The translations under genes and the position numbers were made by a program. Below, in pieces: positions 1 to 12,068 of a DNA stretch of 64,000 bases (positions within the stretch are counted from its first letter, which is position 1; every line of letters starts with the position of its first letter). Source of the stretch: the human T2T-CHM13v2.0 reference genome, Homo sapiens; the NCBI RefSeq assembly GCF_009914755.1, contig NC_060938.1, one strand, 5' to 3'. The notes under the pieces are model-generated. The model made no database searches. It was not told the DNA's origin and saw only the letters and a program-made list of their open reading frames with translations.

Positions 1-214
1 CTCTGCCTCCCAGGTTCAAGCAATTCTCCTGCCTCAGCCTCCTGAGTAGGGGGGATTACCGCCGCGTTCCACCATGCCTGGCTAATTTTTGTATTTTTAG
101 TAGAGACGGGGTTTCACCGTTGGTCAGGCTAGTCTCCAACTCCTGACCTAGTGATCCACACGCTTTGGCCTCCCGAAGTGTTGAGGTTACAGGCGTGAGC
201 CACCATGCGCGACC
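1..214 (-). mobile_element. AluS-type SINE, truncated by the window edge
   Basis: Antisense Alu: CAGGTTCAAGCAATTCTCCTGCCTCAGCCTCC...TTTTTGTATTTTTAGTAGAGACGGGGTTTCACC...ACAGGCGTGAGCCACC. Confidence 0.95.
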
Positions 215-369
215 GACTTTGAAACTGTAATAAATTCACTGGACATTATGCATTTCTCTGTTGTTCTATGAAAACAATAAAAATAAAAGTCATAATTTAA
301 AAACAAGAAGACAGACCCTGATAGGAAAAAATGAGGCATTTTATATATATATATATATATAACAAATTA

Positions 370-1250
370 ATAAAACAAATTAAGTATAAATGATCAAAAA
401 TTAACTTAAACCTAAGTAGACAATGTTTTTGTTAAAATACAAAGATTGGCAAAATTAAAAAATTCCGTCTCTATCATAGTTACGAGAGGCAACTAATATA
501 TAAATTTTCAGAAACTTTGAAGTTCAAACAATACAGATAGTGTGTGTATATATGATACACATGCAAACATACTACATGAATATAATTTTTTAAAAAGTTC
601 TATGTAGACAAAATAGAATGTAAGTTAGAAACATTTATTAAAATAAGTTGTCTAACCAGTGTAATAAAAGTTTTAAGTTATTAAGATGTGATCACTTAAA
701 TGTGCATTAGCCTGATACATATATACATATATATACACACACACCACACACTCTCTCACACACACACACACAAACACGTATTTAGAGAGTCAAATTATAT
801 AAAGCAAAAATAACAGCAAGTAAGTAGAAATGGATAAGCCCCCAAATTATTATAGACATTTCAAACACACATCCTTCAGTAATAGATACAAGAAGAAATT
901 AAAAGAGTAAGATTTAAAAGAAGCCACTAGATTTTAAAAAGGGCAAATGTTATATAAGGAACATCAATATTATAATTCATGTCATTTTCATGTTCATACC
1001 GAATACTTACAAAAATTAACATTTTCTAGACCATACCACAAATTCAAACAATTTTCACGGAAATAATGTGACACAATATATTTCCTAAACAAACAGCAAT
1101 GAAGGTAAATATCAATACAATAAAGAAAGCTAGAAACATAAGTGTAATAATATTGGTTGGAAGCTATTTTAATGACTATTTAAATATTTTAAAAGTGAAT
1201 AGTCAATACAAATGAACCAAACACTTTTGTAAGGCCACTAAGATGCATGT
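370..1250 (+). mobile_element. Highly degraded ancient L1 (L1M) ORF2 5'/endonuclease-region fragments, interrupted by (TA)n/(CA)n at ~715-780
   Basis: A-rich sequence resembling L1 ORF2, e.g. AAAGATTGGCAAAATT and CAAAAATTAACATTTTCTAGACCATACCACAAATTCAAACAATTTT...CAGCAATGAAGGTAAATATCAATAC. Confidence 0.55.
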
Positions 1251-1398
1251 GTAATGTGTAATGCCTCCTTTTATAAGGAGTCAATCTGTAACATCACCTG
1301 GGCTATTTGACAACTTCAAAGTGAATGTGAGAAGGAGAGAAACAGTGAGAGAGATATATATAAAACCAGTAGAATAAACATAAAGAATGAAGGAAATA

Positions 1399-1692
1399 TC
1401 CAGGCGCCATGGTTCATGCCTGTAATCCCAGCACTTTGGGAGGCTGAGGCAGGGGGATCACCTGAGGTCAGGAGTTCGAGACCAGCCTGGTCCAACAGGG
1501 TGAAACCCACTCTCTACTAAATATACAAAAATTAGCCTGGCATGGTGGCATGCACTTGTAATCCCAGCTACTCGGGAGGTTGAGGTGGGAGGATTGCTTG
1601 AACATGGGGGCTGGAGGTTGCAGTGAGTCGAGATCACGCCACTACACTCCAGCTTGTGCGACAGAGCAAGACTCCGTGTCAAAAAAAAAAAA
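1399..1692 (+). mobile_element. Full-length AluSx-like SINE
   Basis: CCTGTAATCCCAGCACTTTGGGAGGCTGAGG...CACCTGAGGTCAGGAGTTCGAGACCAGCCTGG; middle A-rich linker; poly(A); imperfect TSD (AGGAAATA on both sides). Confidence 0.95.
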
Positions 1693-3873
1693 GAGGAAAT
1701 AGTACATGAAAAAGCAGAAATAAAACAACTATTTAAAAATGCAAAAGCTCACTTTTTCAGAAACATATTAAAATATTAAATCTAAGAAATATCTAGGTAG
1801 ACTGATGGAGAAAAATACAGAAAATGCACAAAAAGAATTACCTGGAATGCAAAGGATACAAAATGTCAGCAGTTGTAGATTTTATATAAACAATGACTTT
1901 CAGTTCAACCATGATGGGGTATATTGAAAAGAATCTCTCAGAAAAAAAGGAAAAGAAAACTGTTATAAAGCTATGTACAAAATGTTAAGCACTATTGAAA
2001 TCTTCCAAATCTACCAGTTACAGACTTATTGGTCTTAGACTAACTCTACTGAAAAGAAAAAAACAAAACAAAACAAAACTAAAAAACCTAGAAACCTGGA
2101 TAAAATAGCCTACCGTGGGCACTGCAATGTAACCAAGCAGGTAGGACCTGGGTGCTACATTCTCTTTCTCATAACACGAAGCATTCATACACTCTTCTCA
2201 CCCTCACTCTCACCTTTTAATCTTAGATCTACTATTAAATGTATTCAACATTACTATCAATCCTTTGGTCAAAATTTCTTTACTCACATTGTGTTTGATG
2301 CACTTGGATAGACTGTTCAAGAAAGTGTGAGTAGTGAATTCCTCAAACTCTTGCATATTTAAAATTACATTTTTGAGCCTTGATGCTTGAAGTGTAGCTT
2401 GGGTAACGGGTGGGCTTTAAGCCAATTTTGTCATGCAAGGGGTTGAGTTTATTAGGCATCAGCACCGCTGAAAATCGTGGGGATGCAGGCTTAATTTCAA
2501 CACTCCTCTAAATACTTGAAAGATGTTATATAATTCTTTAATAAACTCCTGTGTCTACAAATGGTTCACATTAACTCAATATCCATGATTAAACATCTAT
2601 AAAATCAAGGCACTGTTATTTAGTGGAGACTTGCTGGCTATTCTATGAGAGGAGGTATTGTTATTGTAATCTCATCCTCTCATAAATGTGTATCATATTA
2701 CTCATAACCAGCCCTTCATATTCTATTCCTATTTTGGTATTTTAAAATAAGATATCTGTGAAACACTTGAATTCAAAGAGGGAATCTGAATAGTTTTTAA
2801 AAGGTCAATGAAATGCCGTTTCTTCATGCTTGAACAAATAAAAATGGACTAAAGTGCTTCTCTTCAAACTTTCTGGAACATTTTTTATCTAAATTCTAAG
2901 AACAATCGCAATAGGTTTTAACCACAAATGTGAGAATAGTCTAAATGTTAGGGTGGAAAAATTTTTAAATAATTTTATAGTAATTTTTTCATCATAGTGA
3001 CAGTGTGCTAAATTTTTTTAAGTCAAATATTACTTTAGATATTTAAGTCAAGATTCTAAGAAGCTGTTTTAAAGTCCAAAATTTAGTTTTATATACAATG
3101 ATATTATATATATATTTGCATATAAAATTAATATATGTAAGCCATGTTTCAAATAGTTGAGATATTATTATATCAAAGATTCTTGATTATATAAAATGCC
3201 AATTACTTATAGGCACACATGCTTTAAATAATTACAAAGACAGTTGTGGTTGATTCTACTCTTGCTACTGGCATTTGTATGGACATAATATTATGGTCTG
3301 AAGAATATTTAGGCAAATTTATCACTCATATGATCAGAAGAACTATGCAAGATAGTTTATATCTGAAAGGAAAAAAATCTTTATATGGATCTGAAAGCCT
3401 AAATCATTAACAACTTGGATAATAATTAGCATAAAAATACACAAACATGCCCTCTTCCTAGCAGTAAGTACAGAGTGACAACAGAATCAAAGCACTTGGC
3501 TCCTCTTCTCTGCCCTTTCTAGATGGCACAATTCCTCATGAATCTAAGTGCAGTCATAGGGTGGATTAGGGTGACCTGCCATTTGTATGCAACTGATCTC
3601 TATTTTGGAAGTAATTAAAGTAAAAATATATTTTTAAAAAATAATTTCAATTTTCAGTGCAAACTAGCATGGTTTCACCCCTTTTCTTTGTAACACTTTT
3701 TCTAATGTTGGAAAAGTAAGGTAGGCTTTAGTAAGATTTTTAATAATAAGTTTTCAAAGTGAGACTCAAAATGGTGGCGTCAACACATTTCAAGTCTGCT
3801 ACATGTTGAATACACTTATTGGAGAAAAGACCTTCTCATCATTTTTCTCTTACAGGAAAGGAAATAATATGTA

Positions 3874-4244
3874 CAGTTGACCCTTAAGCAACACGGAGTC
3901 TGGGGTGCTGGCCCCCCTGCACAGTAGAAAATCCACTATAAATTTGACTTCCCCAAAACTTAACTACTAATAGCCTACTGTAAGCCTTACAAATAACACA
4001 AGCAGTCAATTAACACATATTTAATATGTTATATGTCTTATATACTGTATTCTTAACAAACATGCCAGAGAAAAGAAAAAATCATAAGGAAAATATATCT
4101 ACTAGTTATTAAATGGAAGTAGATGATTAAACAGATCTTCATCCTCATCCTTTTCATGGGCAGGGTGTGGAGAATGATATAGAATTGTTGGTTTTGCTAA
4201 GCGGACCTGCACAGTTCAAACCACTGTGGTGCAAAGGCCAACTG
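3874..4244 (-). mobile_element. Tigger2a (MER28)-like non-autonomous TcMar-Tigger DNA transposon
   Basis: Terminal inverted repeats CAGTTGACCCTT...AAGGCCAACTG with TA target duplications at 3872-3873 and 4245-4246; subterminal sequence matches the Tigger2 ends in reverse orientation. Confidence 0.85.
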
Positions 4245-4344
4245 TATAGCCATTGAATAGCAATTTATTTTTAGAAATTAACCTCACTAAAATACTCTTA
4301 GAAGGATGCCAAGAAAAAAATGAATAAGTATCTTTGGTTCATCT

Positions 4345-5492
4345 ATTTCATCATTTCATTTCATTTCATCATTTCATTTCCTCATTTCATCATTTCATTT
4401 CATTTCATCCTTTCATTCATCCTTTCATTTCATCATTTCATCATTTCATCTAATCATTTCATCTCATCATTTCATTTCATCATTTAATCTCAACATTTCA
4501 TTTCATCATTTCACTTCATTTCATCATTTCATCATTTCATCTCATCATTTCATTTCATCTCATCATTTCATTTCATCTCATCATTTCATTTCACCTTTTC
4601 ATCTCGTCATTTCATCATTTCATTTCATTTCATCTTTTCATCTCATTTCATTTCATCATTTCATTTCATCAATTCATCATTTCATTTATTTCATCATTTC
4701 ATCGTTTAGTTTCATCATTTCATTTCATCAGTTCATCATTTGACTTCATTTCATCATTTCTTTTCATCATTTCATATCATTTCATCATTTCATCTTTTCA
4801 TTTCATTTCATCATTTCACTTCATCATTTCATCATTTGATTTCCTCATTTCCTCATTTCATTTCATCCTTTAATCATTTCATCTCATGATTTCATCCTTT
4901 CATTTCATCCTTTCATTTCATCATTTCATCTCATCATTGCATTTTGTCATTTCATTATTTCATTTCATTTCATCATTTCATGTCATCTCATCATTTCATC
5001 ATTTCATCTCATGATATCATTTCATCACATCATTTCATTTCATCGCATTTCATTTCATCTTTTCATCTCGTCATTTCATTTCATTTGATCATTTCATTTC
5101 ATTATTTCATCATTTAATTATTTAACTTCATCATTTCATTTCATCATTTCATATCATTCTTCATTTCATCATTTGATCTTTTCATTTCATCATTTAATTT
5201 CATTTCATCTTTTAACTTCGTCATTTCATCATTTGATCTTTTCATTTCATTTCATCATTAATTTCATTTCATCATTTCACTTCGTCATTTCATTTCTTCA
5301 TTTCATTTCCTCATTTCATTTCACCATTGCATTTCATCATTTCATCATTTCATTTCATCATTCCATTTCATCTTTTCATTTCATCACTTCATCATTTCAT
5401 TTCATCTCATCATTTCATCCTTTCACTTCATTATTTCATTTCATCATTTCATCTCATCATTTCATTTCATTCCATCATTTCATTTCATTTCA
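4345..5492 (+). repeat. (CATTT)n / (TTTCATCA)n simple satellite tract, ~1.15 kb
   Basis: Continuous CATTT pentamers interspersed with CAT and CATCT variants. Confidence 0.97.
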
Positions 5493-5741
5493 GTGATTCA
5501 TGTATTTAAGTGCTAACGTGATGCCCAGGAGACACCCTATTTCCCTTTGTAAAATACCTCCTTCAACAAAAGGCAACCTCTCATGGCTGGCTAAGTCTAC
5601 AGGGATACCAGGCTCTCTTCAACCACCCAGTTTGATTTGGAACCTCAAACAGCACCTCAGTTTCATAAAAACTTAAAACATAAACACAACACTTGGTTGT
5701 AAGTGAGACAACAGTTTCTTGTCTCTTTCTCTGCTCAAGGC

Positions 5742-6264
5742 TTAAGGCCGTGTCTCCCCAACTACGTTCAGTGGAAGAAAAGATCCCCTGGACAAATAAG
5801 TTTGAGAACTGTTGGTGCAGGACTTCTCAGAACCTTTAAAACACAAATCCTCATCCGCAGGGATCTTCAGGAGGGAGATGGCTGATGCAGCACAACTTTC
5901 TTTCACAGGAGCATCCTGCAGAATACAGTATGAGATATAGAAAGGCTGCATTGAGTCTTTGTAAGGGCCCGAGCCTTGGTGGGTGTGGGGTAGGAGCTCT
6001 CCAGATAGCATCTAATGAGTAGGAACATTCAGGTGGCTTTTTTTTTCCTTATTGGCAAAACTGTGTGTGCACCATTAATGAAGCTGGTCTCCCTTATCCA
6101 TATCAAAACTAAACCCGAATTAATTGGCTAAATTGGGACTCAACCCCTCCAGGAGCCACGCGGAGGAAAGCCCCACCACACTTTAAAGTAGCTTACCTCA
6201 TCATATTTGAGGAAAGCAAAACACTTATGATCAGTATGCTGCTAATACAAGTCTACAGATAATG
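5742..6264 (-). pseudogene. Possible spliced exon remnants of an unidentified duplicated gene or lncRNA (exon 6197-6264; next exon starting at 6011)
   Basis: On the - strand: ATTTTTTCTACAG|68 nt|GTAAGC (GAG|GTAAGC donor), then acceptor TTCCTACTCATTAG| at 6011; non-repetitive sequence; product not recognised. Confidence 0.35.
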
Positions 6265-6369
6265 CTGTAGAAAAAATTATTTTTCCCAATCATAGCTGGC
6301 ATAGTATACATTTTGCATTACACTTTCCCCCCTTTTTTAAAATTTTAAAAACAGGTCTTTCTCTCTTCT

Positions 6370-6511
6370 TTTTTTAAATTTTAATTTAATTATACAAGAC
6401 GGAGTCTCAGTATCTTGCCCAGGCTGGTCTTGAACTCCTGAGCTCAAGTGATACATCCATCTCTGCCTCCCAAAGTGCTGAGATTACAGGCCTGAGACAC
6501 AGTGCCTGGCC
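6370..6511 (-). mobile_element. Alu left monomer (FLAM-like)
   Basis: GACGGAGTCTCAGTATCTTGCCCAGGCTGGTCTTGAACTCCTGAGCTCAAGTGAT...CCCAAAGTGCTGAGATTACAGG...CCTGGCC. Confidence 0.9.
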
Positions 6512-6885
6512 TTAAACACAAATCTTACTTCATTCTTACAATTATCCTGAGGTTAGAAAAATGGAAGGGGAAGAAAGAAGAAAAATGGCAAGCAGGTAGG
6601 CAGACTTTGGCTTCATTACTTGGAAGGACAGTTTGCTCGGTTAAAACACACTACTGCCCACAAAGGCCAAGACAACAGAAAAATACAGACTTATATAAAT
6701 AGATTTTATATGTGACAGTGTTTGAATGGAGACTTTTTCAATGCAAATGACAAACAGCTGTGATTGGGAATAAATGACAATGATTTTTTTTTTTTCTCAA
6801 CAGCTGTCCTGAGAGCATGTTTCTACATCTCTACTTGCATTCTGGAATCAGGGAGAAAGCCAAAACGGATGACAAGACACTAGAT

Positions 6886-7075
6886 CAGCCGTGTCCAACG
6901 CTTTGACTACAAGGACTTTTCCGCCTATCTGTGGTGGTGGGTATCATGAAAATTATGCGCAAACCTTTTTTTTAAAGCTCATCAGCTGTTGTTAGCATTA
7001 GTGTATTTTATGTGTGGCCCAGGAACATTCTTCTTCCAATGTGGCCCTGAGAAGCCGAAAGACTGGACACCTGTT
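6886..7075 (-). mobile_element. MER30B-like hAT-Charlie DNA transposon
   Basis: Ends CAGCCGTGTCCAAC...GGACACCTG; internal TTAGTGTATTTTATGTGTGGCCCAGG...CTTCTTCCAATGTGGCCC; 8-bp TSD CACTAGAT/TACTAGAT. Confidence 0.85.
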
Positions 7076-7196
7076 TACTAGATCAAAAGGCTACTCCTTC
7101 TGGAAGCAATTGTAAAGAATTTCTGACATTATCTTGACATGAAAACCAATGGATAGTGGGATAGAATGAAAAATCTTCAAGAATTTTTCTTGTTCG

Positions 7197-7457
7197 TTTT
7201 TTTTTTTTTTGAGTCAAGGTCTTGCTCTGTGGCCCAGGCTGGAGTACACTGGTGAGATCACAGCTCAGTGCAGGCTCAAGTGCTCCTCCCGCCTCAGCCA
7301 CAGTAGTAGCTAGGATTACAGGTGCGTGCAACCACCCCTGGCTAATATTTTATTTTTTGTAGAGACGGGGTCTCACTATATTGTCCAAGTTGGTCTCAAA
7401 CACCTTGACTCAAAGGATCCAGGACAGGATAACAGGTGTGAGCCACCACACCTGGCC
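7197..7457 (-). mobile_element. AluJ SINE with internal deletions
   Basis: Poly(T), then GGTCTTGCTCTGTGGCCCAGGCTGGAGT...ATCACAGCTCA...GGCTCAAGTG...GTCTCACTATATTG (AluJ diagnostics). Confidence 0.9.
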
Positions 7458-7927
7458 ATGTGCATGAACTTTTAAGACAAACACAAGGCTCCACAAAAGT
7501 TAAGGTTTTCCCACCTAATTTCCAGGGGATCTTTTGGTGCAAGGATAAGAAGTCCTTAAAAGTACACAGACAACTACAAAGATTCAAGACAGTTCACTGG
7601 GGCTGAGCCAGCCCACTGGGCAGACTGACCTTCAAGAAAGGCCCACCCATGACATACACCAGATGGCTCTCCAAGAATCTCTCCAGCCCTCAGGGTCCCT
7701 AAGGTACTGGACAGAGCTAGAAAAGTAAGCCCATTTGCTTCTTCCTGCAGGAAACCCCTTGAGGTCAAGACCCCACAATCAGACGAGGATGGAGTGGCTC
7801 ACCCTCAGTCAACAGGCCAGACTCAAGGTCGTATAATGTCTTAACCATGGATGTGGGCCTCCAGGTCTCACACCCAAGTCAGTGCTCCTTTAATAATCAC
7901 ACTTTGTTAATTCTCCTTAACAGGGGT

Positions 7928-7992
7928 TCCTGGCAAGTCAGTTCTCCCTCAGGCCTTCGGTTTCCTCACCTACAAGATGAGAGGGCTGGACC
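7928..7992 (+). mobile_element. MIR core fragment
   Basis: CCTGGCAAGTCAGTTCTCCCTCAGGCCTTCGGTTTCCTCACCTACAAGATG resembles the MIR core GGCAAGTCACTT...CCTCAGTTTCCTCATCTGTAAAATG. Confidence 0.65.
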
Positions 7993-8880
7993 CCGCGGTA
8001 TCACCCCCGCCACCGCCCTCCTTCTTTTCTCCCATCGCCGCCACGTGCAAGGCCGCTCTATGCAAGACTCAGCGGCCCAGGCAGGGGGCTCGGGCACCTA
8101 GGCAAGGAACCCCCGAGCTTGGAGAGCTGGACCAGGAGCGCCCCTCGGCGCTGACCCCGCCAGGACGCCAGTAAAGCTGGCAGCCGAGTCTGCCGCTCAC
8201 GCCCTCAGAGCTGCGGCGGCAGGCGCAAAAAGCCGCAGCGGCGGGGGCAAAAAGACGCGGTGGCCTGGGAAAAAGTCGCAGCGGCGGGGGCAAAAAGCCA
8301 TGGCTGCAAAAAGCGGCAGTGGCGGGGGCAGAAAGCTGTGGTGGCGGGGACAAAAAGCCTAGGCGGCGGGGGCAAAAAGCCGCGGCGGGAAAAAGGCGCG
8401 GTGGCGGGGGCAAAAAGCCACGGCGGCGGGGGCAAAAATACTTGGCGGCGGGGGCAAAAAGCCGCGGTGGGAGAAAGCCGCGGCGGCGGGGGCAAAGAGA
8501 CGAGGCGGCGGCAGGGGCAAAAAGCTGCTAAAAGCCGCGGCGGCGCGGACAAAAAGCCTTGGTGGCGCGGGCAAAAAGCAGCGGCGGCAGGGGCAAAAAA
8601 CCGCGGCGGCGGCGGCAAAAAGCCGCGGCCGGGGGGAAGAAACCCCGCGGCGGCGGGGCAAGAAGCCGCGTAGGCAAAAGCCGTGGGGGAGGGGGCAAAA
8701 AGCCGCGGAGACCAAAACCCTTGGCGGCGGGGGCAAAAAGCAGCGGCGGTGGGGGTAAAAAGCTGCGTCGGCAAAAGCCATGGCGGCAGGGGCAAAAAGC
8801 AGCAGCGGCGGGGGCAAAAAACCGCGGTAGGAGAAAGCTGCCGCGGCGGGGGCAGAAAGCCTCCGCGGCGGGGCAAAATA
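7990..8880. promoter_or_regulatory. CpG-island-like GC-rich region (unique part 7990-8210 plus the minisatellite)
   Basis: High GC content and many intact CpGs against an AT-rich, CpG-depleted background. Confidence 0.6.
8212..8880 (+). repeat. GC-rich ~22-bp minisatellite (GCCGCGGCGGCGGGGGCAAAAA)n; reverse complement contains GCTTTTTGC
   Basis: About 30 degenerate units; A-tracts start at 8227, 8249, 8270, 8292, 8308, 8330, 8352, 8374, 8390, 8412, 8434, 8456 and continue. Confidence 0.95.
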
Positions 8881-8889
8881 GTGGAAATG

Positions 8890-9345
8890 GGGTAGAAGGT
8901 GGCACAGCTTTGCATTGCTGGAGTGTGATGTGATAGGAAAAGTGCAGTCGAAGACAAAAAGAGATATAAGTAGGCTTAACTCAGTGCAGCTAAGAACCCA
9001 GATGTTATCTTGAGGGTATTAACTAATAAGCAGTTTAAATCAGAATGTGCCATTCTGATTTGTTTTTTGTATGTTCACATTTGGCAAGCATAGATACTGT
9101 TTGGAGAGAGGAAACTCAGTAGATAGAGGTAACAAACTTAAATATGTGCCAAGTCTAGAAACAAGAGACTAGGGGGATAAGGACCTTTCAAAATAAAATG
9201 CAAGATTTGAAAACTGATTGGCTGGGGGATGAGGAAAAGGCAGGTCTTTAAGGTCAATCTATGTTTTGCTTTAAGTTGTTAGGGGGTGGTTTTATCACAT
9301 ATTGTAGAATATGTCATTTCAGTTTTGAACATCTTGAGTTAAATT
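8890..9345 (-). mobile_element. L2 LINE fragment
   Basis: Purine-rich antisense L2-like text, e.g. GCAGTTTAAATCAGAATGTGCCATTCTGATTTG, CAAGATTTGAAAACTGATTGGCTGGGGGATGAGG, TTCAGTTTTGAACATCTTGAGTT. Confidence 0.55.
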
Positions 9346-11294
9346 GTCCTAACATATCTTATGAATTTGATTTTGTTCCCTGGGAAGCTAATATTTCAAA
9401 AACTGAAAGAGTATAGATTTCCAACTTGTGTCCAATTTATAAAATTATCTGTAGGCTGCTGGTTTCAGGAGGAGGCTCATGAATATTCTATTTGCAGAGA
9501 ATATATCAGGAGTTAACAACAGCGTCAATATTTGTGGACGACTAGTTAACTAAGCCACCTCTTAGTATATTTAGATGGGAAATCTTAGCTGAAGATATTC
9601 AATAATGAACCAACAGTGACTAAAAAATTCAATATTTAAGTGTATTTCATCGTAATTAATTTGAAATTAAGTAGCCATATACAGCTAGTATTTACTACAT
9701 TAAGCAATGCAAATAAGAGGACAAAATTAATAACCATCTCTAATACCACATGCCAAAATCCTCATCAATTTATTCTAGCTAAAGGAGTTTATCAGAAGCA
9801 GCAATTGAAAGCACCACCTAAACCAGCTGGGGTTAATTCACTGTCATTCTCTCAGAACCATCTCTTCTCTGAACAAAACAAGTAGAAGAGATAATTGTGA
9901 ATCTCCATTTTCCTTGCCTATTTTAAGGTTTTGATGTTGACACTAATTTGTGAAATCCCTCCTGTGGTGTGATATTTCGTTTTCCTTGCTTTTTGTTAGG
10001 ACAAGAATGCTTCAGCTCTTAATTTAAAATTATGTTTCTCCCTCCTAGGTTGAGTGAACTTAGAATGCATTCTCTGACATATCCAAGTTTTTGTTAATAT
10101 GAATTTGGGGGGAAAAGCATACTAAATTAGCTAAGAATCCTTATTCTAGGCTTGACCCTGTGTTCGACATCTTTTGAATTTGTAGTTGCATAGGCTGCTC
10201 TCTGACACTGGTTAGTGATCTGGAAGCTATATTAACGTTAGGGGAGGTGGTGTATGAGCATTAGAAGTATCCTTGCAAGGAAAGACTTGTCTTATGTCAA
10301 TACGTCTTTTTTTTGCACACAAGAAAGTCAATGTTTGAGTCTTCTAAAATCTTCCTATTTCCAAGTTGCAGAGTACCATCGATTCCTAAACAAAGATCTA
10401 ATTTTTGACTCAGAGATGTGGCAAGGCAGTGAATCACCATTATAATTTAACAATCTTCAAGATAAAATTATCTCTCTGATATTTAGATTTTGCCCAATTA
10501 TTAAGATATTTGGGTGTTTCGTTAAGAATGGAAGACGCTAGTCTCTTGAGCAGAGACTATAAAGGCCTCAGATGATCATTTTTAATTTTATGCTCTTTTC
10601 TTTAACACCTTCAAAGCAGTCGGAAGCAGCCAATATTCCCCAGAGTTGTTGTGTTTTTTAAACCAAATGCATGGTTCAGTGGTAGAAAACTGGGCTGACC
10701 CAAGCTGTTTTCAGTAAACACTTCATTACAGGTGACCTATTTCATATTAAATAATCTCTATATCCCGTCTTCAAAACTAACTAGATCAGATAACCTACCC
10801 TAGATTTTCCCCTTTTAGGGTCTGTGAGCTGCAGTCACTTTTGTGAAAATCATTGCAATGAAAAGATAGAGTTGTAGATGGGGAAAATGTTTTGACTAAT
10901 TTAAGCATTGTAGTATTTAATATGAGAAGTTAAGTTATGCACATTTGAAAATTATAATGGAGTCTCTTGGCTGAGCTTTAAAAAAAATAGCATTTAGGCT
11001 AAAAAGGGAACTGCTACCTCTCCTAAAATCAGAAAGATGTTACAGTAATTCTCCATTCTCTAGAATTATCAGGAAGCACCTTTGTGATGATTTACTTTTG
11101 CTCTTGGGAGTGTGAGCCCGTGTAGTCTTGGAACCATCAATTAGAATGATGGCTTTCTGATCCCAAAGTCATTCGTTCTGAAAACAATATTTTTCATAAA
11201 TTTGAAAGTGAGAAGTTTTGATCTTGCCATTCCCAAGTAACTCTCTTAATAAGAGGCATCAGCATGCTTCAGTGACAGCTGTCACCTTCCAGTG

Positions 11295-12068
11295 CTGAGA
11301 GTCATCTTTGAGTTCTCCATTTCACTCCCTACACTCCAATTTAGCTGCAGTTCTCTTGGCCAGTCCTATGAAATACATCCACGGCCTAACGACTTCTCAC
11401 CACTAATACCACTCATACTAACAGCATTCTCACCTAAGTCACTACCTTTTTTCTCTGGATTACAATAGCCTCCCCATATATTTGCTCACATGACCTACTT
11501 ATTCTACACAGTGCACCAGATACACCCCTTTGAAATGCAAACACAATCATGTTATTCTCTGGTGAAATTATCTCATATATTCCTATCGCATTTAAAATTA
11601 ATTCAGAATAATCCCATGATTATCAAAACCCTACATGCTCTTCCACAACATGGTTTACTTCCAAGATATCTCTTCAACTTTTTTTTCACTGTGCTGAATT
11701 GGTGACTAATAGTCATATTTTTGTTTTTGCTCAAAAAGTCTTGACTTCTAAATTTTTCAGATTCCCCTTTATCCACAGGTAACTCTTTCCTCATAAGGCG
11801 AATTGCTTGCTTCCTTGAGATCTGCTCTCAAAGATACCCTTCATTTTCTACCTAATATTAATAACTTGAATCATTCATTATTCCATTACTGTGCTCTATA
11901 GTGTATACCATTTCTCTTCTTTGTCATGTTATTAACTAAATTATTTATTTGTTCCAGTAAAGTATTCCATAAATATCGTACACATAAAAATTATGTTATT
12001 TTCATTGCTGTATGCTCAGCTGCCCAATAACAGTTGGAGGATTAACATATTTGTTAAATGCACAAATA
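11295..12068 (+). mobile_element. L2a LINE 3' fragment
   Basis: ATTACAATAGCCTCC...TTCTACACAGTGCACCAGA...TTTGAAATGCAAACACAATCATGTTATTCTCT; 3' tail-like CATATTTGTTAAATG. Confidence 0.7.

Noticed and set aside
1316-1682. Short ORFs overlapping Alus (also at 7083, 19706, 21209, 28242, 29533)
   Set aside because: Typical Alu-derived peptides (LECSG.., [14 protein letters not shown]).
5173-5509. His/Phe/Ile/Ser-rich ORFs
   Set aside because: They are translations of (CATTT)n.
5742-6011. 89-aa non-repetitive ORF (MLSGELLPHTHQG...) as a real CDS
   Set aside because: No recognisable domain, and the in-frame upstream candidate exon contains a stop codon. It is kept only as a possible exon remnant.
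8069-8957. Overlapping Pro/Ala/Arg- and Gly/Lys/Arg-rich ORFs on both strands (up to 250 aa)
   Set aside because: These arise from the stop-poor 22-bp GC minisatellite; open frames on both strands indicate an artefact.
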